A stretch of DNA of 59,743 bases, filler included, from Nitrospinae bacterium RIFCSPLOWO2_12_FULL_45_22 (GTDB lineage Bacteria > 2-12-FULL-45-22): assembly GCA_001803565.1 (NCBI GenBank). It is 3 parts of 3 records of this genome, joined end to end, with 100 filler letters (N's around TTAATTAATTAA, not from the genome) between each part and the next. Parts side by side here need not be neighbours in the genome. Positions count along the whole stretch, not along the records: positions 48,744 to 59,743 come from MHDQ01000137.1; 2 more parts are not named here. One strand, given 5' to 3'. The position numbers and the translations under genes were made by a program. The notes under the pieces were generated by a model. The model did not search any database, had not been told where the DNA came from, and saw only the letters and a program-made list of their open reading frames with translations. Below are positions 58,967 through 59,743 of this stretch, piece by piece; the stretch's first letter is position 1, and each line of letters opens with the position of its first letter.

Positions 58967-59743
58967 TTAAGGGATGTGGAAAGGAACGGGTGTAAAAGAG
59001 AGAATAAATATAATGATCCCAATGATGCCCAATATCTTCCTATTCCTATCCAGGGGTGTTAGATGATCTAAAGGCTGTGGGTGCCGCAGGCCAAAGAGAC
59101 TAATCAACAAGACCCCCCAGACAAACCAACCCGGCCATTGAAAGCCCAGATATATCAACCCACAATAAGTCCCACTGGCAATCAGCTTATGCCTCTTCCG
59201 GAATAGAGAATAGGTTATATGACCCCCATCCAATTGACCTACCGGTAAGAGGTTCAGAGCAGTTACAAACAGACCTATCCACCCAGCAAAGGCAATGGGA
59301 TGAAGGATGATAGTATGGCTTTCACTCGTTACCCCTAAAACCCAACGGGTCAATAAAGAGAATATGATTGAGGCTCCCAGAGAAATACCCGTCCCCCCGG
59401 CATCGCCGGTGGTCAAAGTAACCTCAGAGAGTTTCAATCCCATTATTATTACCGGGATAGCGATAATAAAGCCGGCCAGGGGGCCCGCTATACCAATATC
59501 TAGCAGGACATTTCTATTGGGCAGAGGTGATTTAATCTTAATAAATGCCCCAAAGGTACCCAAGAAGGTAGGGGCGGGGATAAAATATGGTAGCGTTGCC
59601 TTCACCCCCCTTTTATGGGAGACTATAAAATGACCCAATTCGTGGGCACCTAAAATAAGGATTAGGGTAAGGGAAAACGGGAGTCCACGATAAATAGAGA
59701 AAGGTTCTTTCAGAGGATTAATGCCACTCTGCATAGCCCCAGC
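58967..59743 (-). CDS. Site-2 (M50) intramembrane metalloprotease, 5' end probably outside window
   Basis: HELGH, AGPLAG, LNLLPVGQLDGG. Confidence 0.92.
   Translation of the reverse strand, partial: AGAMQSGINPLKEPFSIYRGLPFSLTLILILGAHELGHFIVSHKRGVKATLPYFIPAPTFLGTFGAFIKIKSPLPNRNVLLDIGIAGPLAGFIIAIPVIIMGLKLSEVTLTTGDAGGTGISLGASIIFSLLTRWVLGVTSESHTIILHPIAFAGWIGLFVTALNLLPVGQLDGGHITYSLFRKRHKLIASGTYCGLIYLGFQWPGWFVWGVLLISLFGLRHPQPLDHLTPLDRNRKILGIIGIIIFILSFTPVPFHIP

Overview
Bacterial genome bin, probably an anaerobe of the Desulfobacterota/Nitrospinota-like grade (inferred from gene content, not established). The window is a pseudo-scaffold of three contigs joined by artificial N44-TTAATTAATTAA-N44 linkers (23454-23553, 48644-48743), so adjacency across the linkers is meaningless. 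Contig 1 carries the replication-origin cluster (dnaN, oriC elements, dnaA, rpmH-rnpA-yidD-yidC-jag-mnmE-mnmG-rsmG-parS-parA-parB), comM, murJ, a REC-GAF sigma54 activator, a divergent B12 acyl-CoA mutase large subunit, a cold-shock gene and a truncated BrxC/DUF6079-like giant ATPase. Contig 2 carries housekeeping genes (hisAF, rpsU-dnaG-rpoD, tRNA-CAT, rnpB, folK-panBCD with a pan-like leader, split NAD synthetase, acyl-CoA ligase, canonical methylmalonyl-CoA mutase). It ends in a reverse-orientation integron: an internally deleted IntI with a HARP-like N-terminal extension, a near-consensus promoter, a putative attI, three clear attC sites plus a decayed one, and cassettes encoding an unknown protein, an Mrr-type nuclease, a ParA-like ATPase with a partner, and a truncated possible PIN protein. 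Contig 3 carries a 2-oxoacid:ferredoxin oxidoreductase, asnS, a CPA2 antiporter, ruvX and a sigma54-controlled small membrane protein beside a Cys-rich PAS activator. Many intergenic spacers across the window hold short palindromic elements nested inside one another in a modular way. The best candidates for undescribed biology are these nested elements, the integron and its cassettes, and the mutase with a rewritten active site.
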